Shown here one piece after another: positions 10,259 through 20,877 of a stretch of 43,703 nt of DNA. The position numbers and the translations under genes are program-made. Source of the DNA: Bacteroidia bacterium (GTDB lineage: Bacteria > Bacteroidota > Bacteroidia > JAYUJA01); contig JAYUJA010000009.1 in the NCBI GenBank assembly GCA_043765495.1, positions 1 through 43,703 of the forward strand. The letters are read 5' to 3'. Under the pieces are notes generated by a model. That model did no database searches. It saw only the letters and a program-made list of their open reading frames with translations, and had not been told where the DNA came from. Within the stretch, counting starts at the first letter, position 1. Every line of letters begins with the position of its first letter.

Positions 10259-12964
10259 ATGAATAAGATAGTACTTTTATTGTGCATAGCCCTTCCTAGT
10301 TTCTCTACGTATGCCCAAACCGTAGTGACAGGGTTATTAAAAGATATGGATAATAACGAAGCCTTGATGCAAGGGGTCATATTATTCAATGGCAAACCTA
10401 CCGAAACAGACCTAGATGGCAACTACCGTATCACCCTACCAGCTGGTGACTATAAAGTAGATGCTAGCTATGTAGGCTACCTGCCGTATAAAAAAACAAT
10501 CGCTATACAAGGCAAAACAATGACCTTGGACATTAGCCTCGACTTAAAGCAAGTAACAGAAGTAAAAGTAGTAGGAGATATCGCCAAAACTAGAGAAACC
10601 CCAGTAGCATTCTCTACCATTGACCCTATTAAAATAAGAGAAGAACTATCTACCCAAGATCTACCAATGGTACTGAACTCTACACCAGGCGTATACGCTA
10701 CCCAAACAGGCGGTGGGATAGGAGATGCAAGAGTATCGTTACGTGGGTTTAGCCAGCAGAATATCGCTGTAATGCTAGACGGAGTACCCGTAAATGATAT
10801 GGAAAATGGACAAGTATACTGGTCTAACTGGCCTGGGCTAGACGTAGTGACCAAACAAATGCAAGTACAACGTGGACTAGGAGCTTCCAAACTAGCGATA
10901 CCAGCAGTAGGAGGGAGTATAAACGTACTCACCAAAGGCATAGACTCCAAACTAGGAGCTACCGTAAAACAAGAATTTGCAAGTGGTAATTATTATAAAA
11001 CAACCCTAGGATTCACGTCTGGAAAACTAAAAGGTGGCTGGGGTGTAACCTTTGCTGCATCGTACTTACAAGCTGCAGGCTGGGTGAATAATATGTACGG
11101 AAAACAACTATTTGGATACTTAAAAATAGAAAAACGAATCGGTGATAACCATACCCTAACCATATCTGCAATGGGAGCACCACAAGAACACGGACAACGT
11201 AGAAACCGTCTTGGAGCTTGGGCGTATGATACCACCTATGCAAAAAATAAACTAGGCGTAGATACGAACTTTTCAGGAATTGCAGATAAAATAGTAAACA
11301 AAGGCTTGCGTTATAACCTACACACAGGTACGCGTACCCTAGCAGATGGAAGTACAGAAACTATCAACGAAGCAGTAAATTTCTATTTCAAACCTATCTT
11401 TAATTTTAAACATTTTTGGAACGTATCGGATCAGTTTTCTTTGTCTACTATCGTATATGCTTCGTATGGAAATGGTGGTGCCAGATCTACCCCAAACTCG
11501 TTACAAATACCAAGAACAAATGATGAAGCTCGCTCCATTAATTGGGACGCTATGTACGCCGAAAATACAGCTTCTACCCACATAGATCCCTTGTATAGCA
11601 CTACCGAGAAAAAAGCAGATCCCAAATATATCTTACGTTCTAGTATGAACAACCATAGCTGGTATGGCTTATTATCTACTTTTAATTACCACCCAAATCA
11701 ACACATAGAACTATCGGGCGGGCTAGATATTCGTACGTACAGAGGCTTCCATTATGTTCGTCTAGAAAACCTACTAGGAGCGGATTATTATGTGGATAAT
11801 GTAGATAAAAACCAAACGAGTAAAGTAAAAAAAGTAGGTGATAAAATAGCGTATAATAATGATGGTGTAGTAAAATGGGCTGGAGCTTTTATGCAGTTAG
11901 AATATAAAAAAGATAAATATAGCGGATTTGTAAGTGCTTCTTTTGCAGAAACTGGCTACCAACGAGTAGATTATTTCCGTAAAAAAGACATCGTATTACA
12001 AGACACTACCTTGAATGAAATAGTAGGAGCTGGTGAAACCGTAAATTACAAAGGAACTAACTATACTATAGATTCCAAAGAAGCAAGAGCCGCTACTACA
12101 CAAAGAATATGGCTACCAGGATATACACTAAAAGGAGGATTGAACTATAATATAAATGCGCACCACAACGTATTTGCTAATGTAGGATACCTATCCCGTG
12201 CACCAAAATTTAACAATGTATTTGATAATGCTAATAAATTGTATCAAAATATCAAAAATGAAATAGTACAAGCAGTAGAATTAGGCTATTCGTTCAAAAA
12301 AGCACCGTTTTTAATAAATGTAAATGGATACTATACCAATTGGTTGAACAAGCCATTTACCCGTTCAGGAACTACGCTAGATGGGCAGGATTGGGTAGCT
12401 AATATTACAGGAATAGGCGCTTTGCACAAAGGTATAGAACTAGATTTGGCTTGGGCTATCACTCCTACCATCAATTGGGAAGTAGTGACTTCTATCGGAG
12501 ACTGGACTTGGAAAGGCAAAAATGATAAATTAATCATCTATAACCAACTTACCAACGACTCGCTTACTACTGTTAGTTATGACGCAACAGGCGTACACGT
12601 AGGCGATGCAGCTCAAATACAAGTAGCAAGTGCTATACGTGTAGAAATAATTAAAGGCTTGTTTATCAAACCTCGTATCACTTTCTTTGATAAAAACTAT
12701 GCGAATTTTGATCCTTTTACCTTAAATGGTGTGAATGCAGGTCGTGAATCTTGGAAATTACCATCGTACTATACACTGGATATACATGCTGGATACGAAT
12801 ATAAGCTAAAAAATAAATACCGATTAGGAATAAATGGGAGTGTGTTGAATGCACTGAATGCGATGTATATATCCGATGCAAGCAATGGGTTCGATGCCTA
12901 CAAAGGACAAGTATACATGGGGCAAGGTCGTAGATACAGTTTAGCACTTACTTTAGGATTTTAA
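10259..12964 (+). CDS. TonB-dependent receptor with N-terminal CarboxypepD_reg-like domain
   Basis: TDLDGNY, SYVGY, RETPVAFS and plug motif GD.R.SLRGF.Q.NIAVM.DGVPVNDMENG.VYWSNW; C-terminal Phe. Confidence 0.92.
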   Translation: MNKIVLLLCIALPSFSTYAQTVVTGLLKDMDNNEALMQGVILFNGKPTETDLDGNYRITLPAGDYKVDASYVGYLPYKKTIAIQGKTMTLDISLDLKQVTEVKVVGDIAKTRETPVAFSTIDPIKIREELSTQDLPMVLNSTPGVYATQTGGGIGDARVSLRGFSQQNIAVMLDGVPVNDMENGQVYWSNWPGLDVVTKQMQVQRGLGASKLAIPAVGGSINVLTKGIDSKLGATVKQEFASGNYYKTTLGFTSGKLKGGWGVTFAASYLQAAGWVNNMYGKQLFGYLKIEKRIGDNHTLTISAMGAPQEHGQRRNRLGAWAYDTTYAKNKLGVDTNFSGIADKIVNKGLRYNLHTGTRTLADGSTETINEAVNFYFKPIFNFKHFWNVSDQFSLSTIVYASYGNGGARSTPNSLQIPRTNDEARSINWDAMYAENTASTHIDPLYSTTEKKADPKYILRSSMNNHSWYGLLSTFNYHPNQHIELSGGLDIRTYRGFHYVRLENLLGADYYVDNVDKNQTSKVKKVGDKIAYNNDGVVKWAGAFMQLEYKKDKYSGFVSASFAETGYQRVDYFRKKDIVLQDTTLNEIVGAGETVNYKGTNYTIDSKEARAATTQRIWLPGYTLKGGLNYNINAHHNVFANVGYLSRAPKFNNVFDNANKLYQNIKNEIVQAVELGYSFKKAPFLINVNGYYTNWLNKPFTRSGTTLDGQDWVANITGIGALHKGIELDLAWAITPTINWEVVTSIGDWTWKGKNDKLIIYNQLTNDSLTTVSYDATGVHVGDAAQIQVASAIRVEIIKGLFIKPRITFFDKNYANFDPFTLNGVNAGRESWKLPSYYTLDIHAGYEYKLKNKYRLGINGSVLNALNAMYISDASNGFDAYKGQVYMGQGRRYSLALTLGF

Positions 12965-12989
12965 TACTATTTAACGAATATATTTTTTC

Positions 12990-13027
12990 AAACTCTAGCA
13001 TTAATACTATGCTAGAGTTTTTTTTTT
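12990..13027 (+). terminator. Intrinsic terminator
   Basis: AAACTCTAGCAT-loop-ATGCTAGAGTTT followed by poly-T. Confidence 0.8.
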
Positions 13028-13057
13028 CGTAGATTTGCCACCTAACATTATTTTTTT

Positions 13058-15163
13058 ATGCAAGAAAAAATCCTACTTATCAAAGAAAGCATACTCCATG
13101 TATGGAATCAACTCCATTGGATAGATGCTACTATTATTTTTGCTTACTTACTATTATCTTTGTGTATAGGGTTATGGTATAAAAGTAGAGCAGGCAAAAG
13201 TACTTCCGAATATTTCCTTGGTGGGCGTAATATGCCTTGGTTGCTAGCAGGGCTATCCATGGTAGCCACTACCTTCGCTGCCGATACACCACTAGCAGTA
13301 ACAGAGTTAGTAGCTACGGATGGTATTTCAGGTAATTGGCTTTGGTGGAATGCCTTACTAGGTGGCATGCTTACTACTTTTTTCTTTGCAAAACTATGGC
13401 GGAGAGCCGAAATAATGACCGAGTTAGAACTCATAGAAGTACGGTACAGTGGCTTGCCCGCAAAATTCTTACGAGGCTTCAAGTCTATTTATATGGGAGT
13501 ATTTATGAATGTACTAATACTAGGCTGGGTAAACCTTGCAATGGCATCTATCTTACAAGTATTTTTTAATATCCCAGCAGATAAGGTTATTTATTACATA
13601 GCAGCACTGATGTTGCTTACCGCGTTTTATTCTACTATATCTGGTATATGGGGCGTAGCGGTTACCGATGCTATTCAGTTTTTGATAGCTATGTCAGGGT
13701 GTATTATACTGGCTTACATTGTATTACATAGCCCCGACGTAGGAGGAGTAGCTGGGCTTAAAGCAAGCTTGCCTGATGGGGTGTTGGATTTTTTTCCTTC
13801 TACTAAAAGTACAGCTGCCACCCAGTCAGGAAGTTCCATAGGGCATACGTTACGGCTTACATTAGGAGCTTTTTTAGCTTTTACGGCATTTCAATGGTGG
13901 GCAAGCTGGTATCCAGGTGCCGAGCCAGGTGGTGGAGGCTACATAGCACAGCGTATGATGAGTGCGAAAGATGAACAATCGTCTGTATTTGCTACTTTGT
14001 TTTTTCAGATTGCACATTATTGCCTTCGTCCTTGGCCTTGGATTATCGTAGCTTTGTGCGCATTGAGTATTTATAACAAAGATATTACCCCCCAAATAAA
14101 AAGCCATATAGCAGCCATAAAAACCATAAAAATAGAAAATGGAAAAGAAACTCCTTGGCTACTACCTGCTACTATTACATCAAAAGAAAGTAAGGAAGCC
14201 GAAATAAAATACTTACGAAGCCAAGGATTTAACAACCCTGAACTAATGGTATACTTCCCTGATTCTATCCGTCAAAAAGCAGCCAAAGATGCCCGTTTTC
14301 AAAAATCCATCTATTTTAACAACGATACCAAGCTAGGATACGTATATGCCATGCAGGATTTCCTACCCGAAGGCTTCCGAGGATTACTATTAGTAGCATT
14401 CCTAGCAGCGTATATGAGTACTATTTCTACACAATTAAATTGGGGAGCTAGCTACTTGATTAATGATTTTTATCGCAGATTTTTATTTCCTGAAAATACG
14501 TTTAGTTCCTATGCCAAAGCCGAAAAGAATTACCTTTTTTATGGTAAAATATTCACTATCATGACAGCTGGTTTGTCGCTTTATGCTACTACCTTGATGA
14601 CAAGTATATCAGGCGTATGGAGCTTTATTATAGAATGTGGTGCAGGGCTAGGACTAGTACTTATACTACGCTGGATGTGGTGGAGAATAAACGCTTGGAG
14701 TGAAATAGCTGCAACCATCGCCCCATTCATCGGGTTTGGATTCTGTAAATATATCTACGAACCCTATATATTAAGTTCACAAGGTCCAGAAGCACTCGCT
14801 ACTTTCAACGACAATAGAATCAGCTTTTTTATTACCATCGGCTTCACTACTATTGCTTGGATAGTCACTACTTTTGTCACGAAACCCGAATCCAAAGAAA
14901 CATTAGAAAGTTTTTATCTAAAAGTACGCCCTAATGGCTACTGGACACCGATAAGAAAACAAGTAAACATGCCAAGCAACAACAAAGAATTAGTATTCCA
15001 AACCATCTGCTGGATAAGCTCTATCATCATGGTATACTGCTGCCTATTTGGTATCGGTGAAATAATATTGATAGAATACGATAAAGCAATAATGCATTTA
15101 AGCATCGCTTTTGTAGCTGGTGTTATAATGGTTTTGGGAATTAGAAAGATAAAGTTCTCGTAA
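13058..15163 (+). CDS. Sodium:solute symporter family protein
   Basis: YFLGGR.MPW.LAGLSMVATTFAADTPL, PGAEPGGGGYIAQRM and AAYMSTISTQLNWGASY motifs; many TM segments. Confidence 0.92.
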   Translation: MQEKILLIKESILHVWNQLHWIDATIIFAYLLLSLCIGLWYKSRAGKSTSEYFLGGRNMPWLLAGLSMVATTFAADTPLAVTELVATDGISGNWLWWNALLGGMLTTFFFAKLWRRAEIMTELELIEVRYSGLPAKFLRGFKSIYMGVFMNVLILGWVNLAMASILQVFFNIPADKVIYYIAALMLLTAFYSTISGIWGVAVTDAIQFLIAMSGCIILAYIVLHSPDVGGVAGLKASLPDGVLDFFPSTKSTAATQSGSSIGHTLRLTLGAFLAFTAFQWWASWYPGAEPGGGGYIAQRMMSAKDEQSSVFATLFFQIAHYCLRPWPWIIVALCALSIYNKDITPQIKSHIAAIKTIKIENGKETPWLLPATITSKESKEAEIKYLRSQGFNNPELMVYFPDSIRQKAAKDARFQKSIYFNNDTKLGYVYAMQDFLPEGFRGLLLVAFLAAYMSTISTQLNWGASYLINDFYRRFLFPENTFSSYAKAEKNYLFYGKIFTIMTAGLSLYATTLMTSISGVWSFIIECGAGLGLVLILRWMWWRINAWSEIAATIAPFIGFGFCKYIYEPYILSSQGPEALATFNDNRISFFITIGFTTIAWIVTTFVTKPESKETLESFYLKVRPNGYWTPIRKQVNMPSNNKELVFQTICWISSIIMVYCCLFGIGEIILIEYDKAIMHLSIAFVAGVIMVLGIRKIKFS

Positions 15164-15397
15164 AATATACTACCTATTCCTTCACTAAAAATAACGTATA
15201 AAGTAAGTATCTAATTTTGTATAAAGTAGTTAAAATTGTTTTCGGTAAAGTAGTAATACTATTTTCTCAAAAAAAACAAAAAATGTAGTATTTTAATACA
15301 AAAAATAGTAAGTTTGCAGACTTTTTGAAATGTTCTTATAAGTACGTTATTTTTATATTTAATAATCCTATATCTACTATTTATTCCTTTTTTTATT

Positions 15398-15904
15398 ATG
15401 GAACTTTTAACCCCCAGTATTGGTTTGTTTTTTTGGATGCTAGTATGCTTCCTATCCTTGTTTTTTATACTAAAAAAATATGCTTGGACACCAATATTAA
15501 GCGGCATACAAGCACGTGAAAACTTCATCGATGATGCACTAAAATCTGCCGAAAGAGCAAAAAATGAAATGGCTGCACTCACTGCTACCAACGAGAAACT
15601 ACTCATACAAGCTGGCGTAGAAAGAGACGCTATACTAAAAGAAGCAAGAGACGCTAAAGATATGATAATCGTAGAAGCAAAAGGTAAAGCTACCGAAGAA
15701 GCAGATCGTATTATCCAACAAACCCGTGAAGTAATCCAAAATGAAAAAATGGCAGCTGTTACCGAATTGAAAAACCAAGTAGCACAACTATCATTAGAAG
15801 TAAGCCAAAAATTAATGCGTAAAGAATTAGCAAACGACCAATCTCAAAAAGACCTAGCTAACCAATTATTAGCAGAAATTACACAAAAAGTAACACTTAA
15901 CTAA
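15398..15904 (+). CDS. atpF: F0F1 ATP synthase subunit b
   Basis: P.IGLFFW...F.ILKKYAW.PIL....RE N-terminal anchor followed by a coiled coil. Confidence 0.93.
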   Translation: MELLTPSIGLFFWMLVCFLSLFFILKKYAWTPILSGIQARENFIDDALKSAERAKNEMAALTATNEKLLIQAGVERDAILKEARDAKDMIIVEAKGKATEEADRIIQQTREVIQNEKMAAVTELKNQVAQLSLEVSQKLMRKELANDQSQKDLANQLLAEITQKVTLN

Positions 15905-15924
15905 TTCTTCTTGCTAGTATATTT

Positions 15925-16485
15925 ATGAAAAACCCTAGATTATCCCAACGATATGCCAAATCCATATTCGACTTGGCAATAGAAAGAAACGAAGTAGGTG
16001 CAGTACAACGAGATATGCAGCTAGTACACACCACTTGTACACAAAACCAAGATTTAAGAACCCTTATCAATAGCCCTATAATACAAGGGTACAAGAAAGC
16101 GAAAGTCTTCCATTACTTATTTGAAGGTACTATGTCGCCGATTACCAAAAGTTTCTTTGATTTAATATTTTCAAAAGGTAGAGAAATGTTTGTGGACGAT
16201 ATAGCTGCAGAGTTCGTAGTATTGTACAATAATTTCACGAATGTAGCAAAAGCGTCTTTGATTACAGCTGCTAGCGTAGACGAAGTTTTTACGACTAAAA
16301 TAATGAATTTTCTGGCAAAAGAAATGGTAGGCAAAAAGATAGAACTAGACCACAAAATAGATGCTACCCTCATCGGCGGATTCATACTCAACTACGATAA
16401 CAAACAAATAGACAAAAGCATCGCTAGAGAAATAAGAATGGTAGAGCAAAACTTCTCTAAAAATCTTTATATAAAAGACTTCTAA
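15925..16485 (+). CDS. atpH: F0F1 ATP synthase subunit delta
   Basis: RYAKSIF, L..SPII, KGRE and ID..LIGGFIL...QIDKSI motifs. Confidence 0.93.
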   Translation: MKNPRLSQRYAKSIFDLAIERNEVGAVQRDMQLVHTTCTQNQDLRTLINSPIIQGYKKAKVFHYLFEGTMSPITKSFFDLIFSKGREMFVDDIAAEFVVLYNNFTNVAKASLITAASVDEVFTTKIMNFLAKEMVGKKIELDHKIDATLIGGFILNYDNKQIDKSIAREIRMVEQNFSKNLYIKDF

Positions 16486-16548
16486 TTACTTATTTTTAGT
16501 ATCCTTGTAGATTATTACAAGGATTTTTTTTTGTTAAATGATACTATT

Positions 16549-17292
16549 ATGACTTTATTATTAGAAAATAAAATAGCACTAGTAACGGGAGGAAGTAGAG
16601 GGATAGGCAGAGCCATCTGCGAAGCACTAGCCAAAGAAGGGGCAATAGTGTGTTTTACGTATAAAAATAACGAAATAGCTGCACAAGAAACCATCGCTTT
16701 ATTACAAAAAACTACTCCTAATGTGTACGCATTCTGCTGTGATGGAAGTAAATCTTTGGAAGTAGAAAAAATAGTAGACAAAATAATTACTACTATTGGG
16801 CATATCTCTATCCTAGTAAATAATGCAGGGGTGACTGCGGATACATTGAGCATGCGCATGTCCGAAGAACAATGGAATACTACGTTACAAAATAACCTTA
16901 CAGCCGTATTCCTATTTACCAAAGCAGTACAAAGAAGCATGCTAGCCCAGCGTGCAGGAAGTATAATAAATATAGCATCTATAAGCGGTATATACGGCAA
17001 TGCAGGACAATCTAACTATGCAGCTGCCAAGGCTGGGGTGATAGGCTACTCCAAAAGTATAGCCAAAGAAATAGGAAGCCGCAGTATCCGCTGTAATGTA
17101 GTAGCACCTGGCTTCATCACTACCGATATGACGAACCAACTCAACGACACTCTATTACAAAAAGCAAAAGAAAGTAACGCCCTAAAACGAATAGGTACAC
17201 CCGAAGAAGTAGCCCATGTAGTAGTATTTCTAGCTTCTGATAAAGCATCTTTCGTGACAGGGCAAGTAATACCTGTGTGTGGTGGCGTGTGA
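16549..17292 (+). CDS. fabG: 3-oxoacyl-ACP reductase (SDR family)
   Basis: TGGSRGIG, NNAGVT.D, GNAGQSNYAAAKAG and APGFI.TDMT motifs. Confidence 0.88.
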   Translation: MTLLLENKIALVTGGSRGIGRAICEALAKEGAIVCFTYKNNEIAAQETIALLQKTTPNVYAFCCDGSKSLEVEKIVDKIITTIGHISILVNNAGVTADTLSMRMSEEQWNTTLQNNLTAVFLFTKAVQRSMLAQRAGSIINIASISGIYGNAGQSNYAAAKAGVIGYSKSIAKEIGSRSIRCNVVAPGFITTDMTNQLNDTLLQKAKESNALKRIGTPEEVAHVVVFLASDKASFVTGQVIPVCGGV

Positions 17293-17334
17293 AAATAATC
17301 CTTCTTTTTTATACTAAAATAAATATACTATCCT

Positions 17335-18321
17335 ATGCGCTACACCCTATTATTACTATGGAGTATACTGTATACCCTTACTGCCCAAAATTATATACAA
17401 AAAGACATTACTATACCTTGTACTTTGCCGAATAAAATAGCAGGAAGCCTACAAGGAAAACTAATGCTACCTACTAGCAATACGAATGGCTCTATACCAT
17501 TGATAATACTAATCCAAGGCAGCGGTGCTACCGACTCTAACGAAACAATCGGCAGCAATAAACCTTTCAAAGATATAGCCATAGGACTAGCCAATAAAGG
17601 CATCGCTACCCTACGTTACAACAAAAAAAACTACCAATACAATAGAGAGTTAAGCGACGTACTACTCTCCCCTGATGCCGAAATAGTGGACGATGCTATC
17701 ACAGCTATACAAGTAGCCCACACGCTGGATAATATAGACAAAAACGCTATCTTCGTAGCTGGGCATAGCCTAGGCGGATACCTACTCCCCAAAATAGTGA
17801 AAAATAGCGATATGCCAGTAGCAGGTATGGTATTACTAGCTGCACCAGCAAGGTCGTTAGAAAACACGTTACTAGAACAAAATACATATATATTAAGCCT
17901 AGATGGGTTGGTAAAAGAAGAAGAACTGCAACTAAAAATACTAGAAAAACAATTACAAAAAGTAAAAAAAAGATTGAACCCCAATACTCCCAATACCGAA
18001 CTACCACTAGGGCTGCCAGCAGAATACTGGCTATACATGAAAAAATACAAAGCTACCAAAGGAATTAGAAAACTCAAAAAACCAACCCTCGTAATACAAG
18101 CCGAAAATGACTATCAAGTGACGATGAAAGATTTTAATACATGGAAAAAAGCACTAAAAAGAAATAAAAAAGCAAAACTTATTTCCTACCCAGGCTTGTT
18201 CCACTTACTGATGCCTTCCCAGAACCCTACCAAAGCTACCCCCAAAGACTATAGTAGAGCAAATAAAGTAAGCCCACTGGTGATAGAAGATATAGCAAAA
18301 TTCATACTAGAAAATAAATAG
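17335..18321 (+). CDS. Exported alpha/beta hydrolase
   Basis: GSG..D..E, GHSLGG nucleophile elbow, DYQV and YPGL.HL motifs; N-terminal signal-like segment. Confidence 0.85.
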   Translation: MRYTLLLLWSILYTLTAQNYIQKDITIPCTLPNKIAGSLQGKLMLPTSNTNGSIPLIILIQGSGATDSNETIGSNKPFKDIAIGLANKGIATLRYNKKNYQYNRELSDVLLSPDAEIVDDAITAIQVAHTLDNIDKNAIFVAGHSLGGYLLPKIVKNSDMPVAGMVLLAAPARSLENTLLEQNTYILSLDGLVKEEELQLKILEKQLQKVKKRLNPNTPNTELPLGLPAEYWLYMKKYKATKGIRKLKKPTLVIQAENDYQVTMKDFNTWKKALKRNKKAKLISYPGLFHLLMPSQNPTKATPKDYSRANKVSPLVIEDIAKFILENK

Positions 18322-18383
18322 TAAACTTGGAGTATACCTCTATTTATTTTGTTAAAAATTTAACCTACTCCTTCCATAATCAT

Positions 18384-18845
18384 ATGAAACATACTACCAT
18401 ACCATCATTAACTGCAATTAGAAATAACAAAAAAAATATTTCTAGTATTAATTCTACCTACCAAGAAAATCTTAATCCTATGGATAAAGCCGCCCTCTGG
18501 ATTACGAATAAAGTAGGAAGTATGGGGTTTTTCTTATTGATTTTTAGCTGGACAGTAGTATGGCTGAGTTGGAATACGCTAGCGAATCCTAGCCTGCGGT
18601 TCGATCCTTATCCTGCATTTGTATTATGGCTTTTTATATCTAATATGATACAAATATCCCTCATGCCATTAATCATGATAGGGCAAAACTTACAATCCAA
18701 GCACGCAGAATTACTCGCAGAACAAGATTTTGAAATAAATAAAAAAGCAGAGAATGAAATAGAAATTATCCTAATGCACCTAGAAAATCAAAATGAATTA
18801 ATAACAAAATTGCTTCAAAAAATAGAAAATTTAGAAAATAGGTAG
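18384..18845 (+). CDS. DUF1003-family membrane protein
   Basis: D..A..IT..VGS..F, FDPYP.F and PLIMIGQN motifs. Confidence 0.85.
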   Translation: MKHTTIPSLTAIRNNKKNISSINSTYQENLNPMDKAALWITNKVGSMGFFLLIFSWTVVWLSWNTLANPSLRFDPYPAFVLWLFISNMIQISLMPLIMIGQNLQSKHAELLAEQDFEINKKAENEIEIILMHLENQNELITKLLQKIENLENR

Positions 18846-18969
18846 TTTCTATATACGAAATCAAACTTTATAAAACACTTATTCCAGTAGTTTTAGCAGA
18901 TAGTTCACCAATTTTTCGTTTACGCTATTATAAAAAAACGTATTTTTGTGTTTTATTTTAAGTTATTCT

Positions 18970-20823
18970 ATGAAATCCTCTATTATATCCATCGCCTTGC
19001 TGGCATTCATTCCTACCATCGCATCTGCTCAATTAGGCTTTGAACCCCTGTATACAAACTATCCTTTACTACAAAGTACTACCAATGCTACCGAACCCAC
19101 TGCACTCGATAAAGCCGCTGTGGACACCCTGCCGTTACCTTTTGTAGAAGATTTTTCGTATCGCCCTGATAATAATTATCCTTCCATGAAAAAATGGGTA
19201 GATAGCATGGTGTACATTAACCACACTTTCCCTATACACCCGCCTACATACGGCGTAGCTACTTTCGATGGGTTGAATAAATATGCAGCGCCCTACTCCA
19301 CCAATATACTACTGCATGCAGAAGCCGATACCCTTACCTCCAAGCCTATCGATTTGTCGAACCTTACCATCGCCGATTCGGTGTATTTGAGTTTCTATTA
19401 CCAAGCTGGTGGACGTGGTGATATGCCCGAGATTAGCGATTCCATCATGCTAGAAGTAAAATCCCCAGCTACTGCTAATTGGGAAAGGATATGGAGTAAA
19501 AAAATGCCTATTCTAGCCCAAACTACTAGCAAACCGTTCCAGTCTGTACGCCTACTTATCAACAATCCTACGCACCTAAAAAGAGGATTTCAATTCCGAT
19601 TCCGAAATTTTGCTAATCTATCTTCTAACGCCGACCATTGGCACATAGATTATATTCGCTTAAATAAAAACAGAAACCAAAACGATACATTAGTAGTAGA
19701 CGCAGCTTTTACAGAGCCTGCTAGCTCGTTACTCAAAGAATATTATAGCATGCCTTGGCAGCATTTTTTAATCAACCCACTGGATAATCTCAAAGATAGT
19801 CTCATAACCGCCATCTATAATAATAATAATACCAACCCAGCTATTAATTACCAAGCTTTTATTAAAAATATAAATACTGCTAGCAACGCTTCTTTATTTA
19901 ATGGAAATGAAAATGCTGTACCCGTTGGAGATTTATATTTTAGAACCGTAGTAAGTCCAGTATTCAATGCACCTATGACAGATAATGCTGCTTTTTTTGA
20001 AATAATACATCAAATAAGCTTGAATCAGGATATACTAAAAAGAAACGATACACTAGTACAAATACAAGCTTTCTCGGACTATTATAGCTACGACGACGGC
20101 TCGGCAGAGGTAAGTGTATTCCTTCAAAATAATGGCGGTGCGTCGAATGGCATGCTAGCCTACCAGTACAATACCAAAAAAGCAGATAGCCTAAAAGCAG
20201 TGGATATATTTTTTAATAGAATGCTGACCGATGTAAGCAACAAAACATTTTATTTGACAATATGGGCGGATAATGCTGGCAAGCCTGGTAACGTAATCTA
20301 TACCCAAGCAAATACAATACCTACCTACCATTTGAGCCACAATATTTTTCACCGTTATTACTTGGATAGTATATTGTACCTAGAACCTGGTACCTACTAC
20401 ATAGGCTGGATACAAGGAGATAATTTTAAGATGCAGGTAGGATTCGACAGAAATACCAGTAGTGAAAATAAAATATACGTAAATTTTGCTGGAAATTGGC
20501 TAGGCTACTCTGCAAACGAAAAAGGCTCTCTTATGATGCGTCCAGTAGTGGGTAGCGAAGTAATATTCACGGCTATACCACCCATTTCCGAAACTACAAA
20601 AACTACCATCTACCCAAACCCTACTAGCCAAGAAATAAATATCCAAACCGATGCCTTGGACTATGAAATAAGTATCTACGACCTAGCCAGCAAACTAATA
20701 TACCTACAATCCAATACAAAAACTGTCCCCGTAGAAAACATACCCAACGGCATCTATCTACTACAATTAAAAGATAAACATACCCAAGCCATTAGCCACC
20801 ATAAAATAGTAATTAGTAAGTAG
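18970..20823 (+). CDS. T9SS type A sorting-domain protein of unknown function
   Basis: Signal peptide; LPFVEDFS, GVATFDGL, D.LTS.PIDL, DHWHIDY and YYSYDDGSAE motifs; C-terminal IYPNPT...IYDL..K...NGIYLL. Confidence 0.85.
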   Translation: MKSSIISIALLAFIPTIASAQLGFEPLYTNYPLLQSTTNATEPTALDKAAVDTLPLPFVEDFSYRPDNNYPSMKKWVDSMVYINHTFPIHPPTYGVATFDGLNKYAAPYSTNILLHAEADTLTSKPIDLSNLTIADSVYLSFYYQAGGRGDMPEISDSIMLEVKSPATANWERIWSKKMPILAQTTSKPFQSVRLLINNPTHLKRGFQFRFRNFANLSSNADHWHIDYIRLNKNRNQNDTLVVDAAFTEPASSLLKEYYSMPWQHFLINPLDNLKDSLITAIYNNNNTNPAINYQAFIKNINTASNASLFNGNENAVPVGDLYFRTVVSPVFNAPMTDNAAFFEIIHQISLNQDILKRNDTLVQIQAFSDYYSYDDGSAEVSVFLQNNGGASNGMLAYQYNTKKADSLKAVDIFFNRMLTDVSNKTFYLTIWADNAGKPGNVIYTQANTIPTYHLSHNIFHRYYLDSILYLEPGTYYIGWIQGDNFKMQVGFDRNTSSENKIYVNFAGNWLGYSANEKGSLMMRPVVGSEVIFTAIPPISETTKTTIYPNPTSQEINIQTDALDYEISIYDLASKLIYLQSNTKTVPVENIPNGIYLLQLKDKHTQAISHHKIVISK

Positions 20824-20877
20824 ATGGGGGTTAAAATAACTGAAAATATATCTAAAAACAAAGAAAAAAATATAGAA

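Noticed and set aside
15259-15606. Small ORFs upstream of or overlapping atpF as a possible atpE
   Set aside because: No Gly-rich c-subunit helices or RQPE-like motif; they overlap atpF in other frames.
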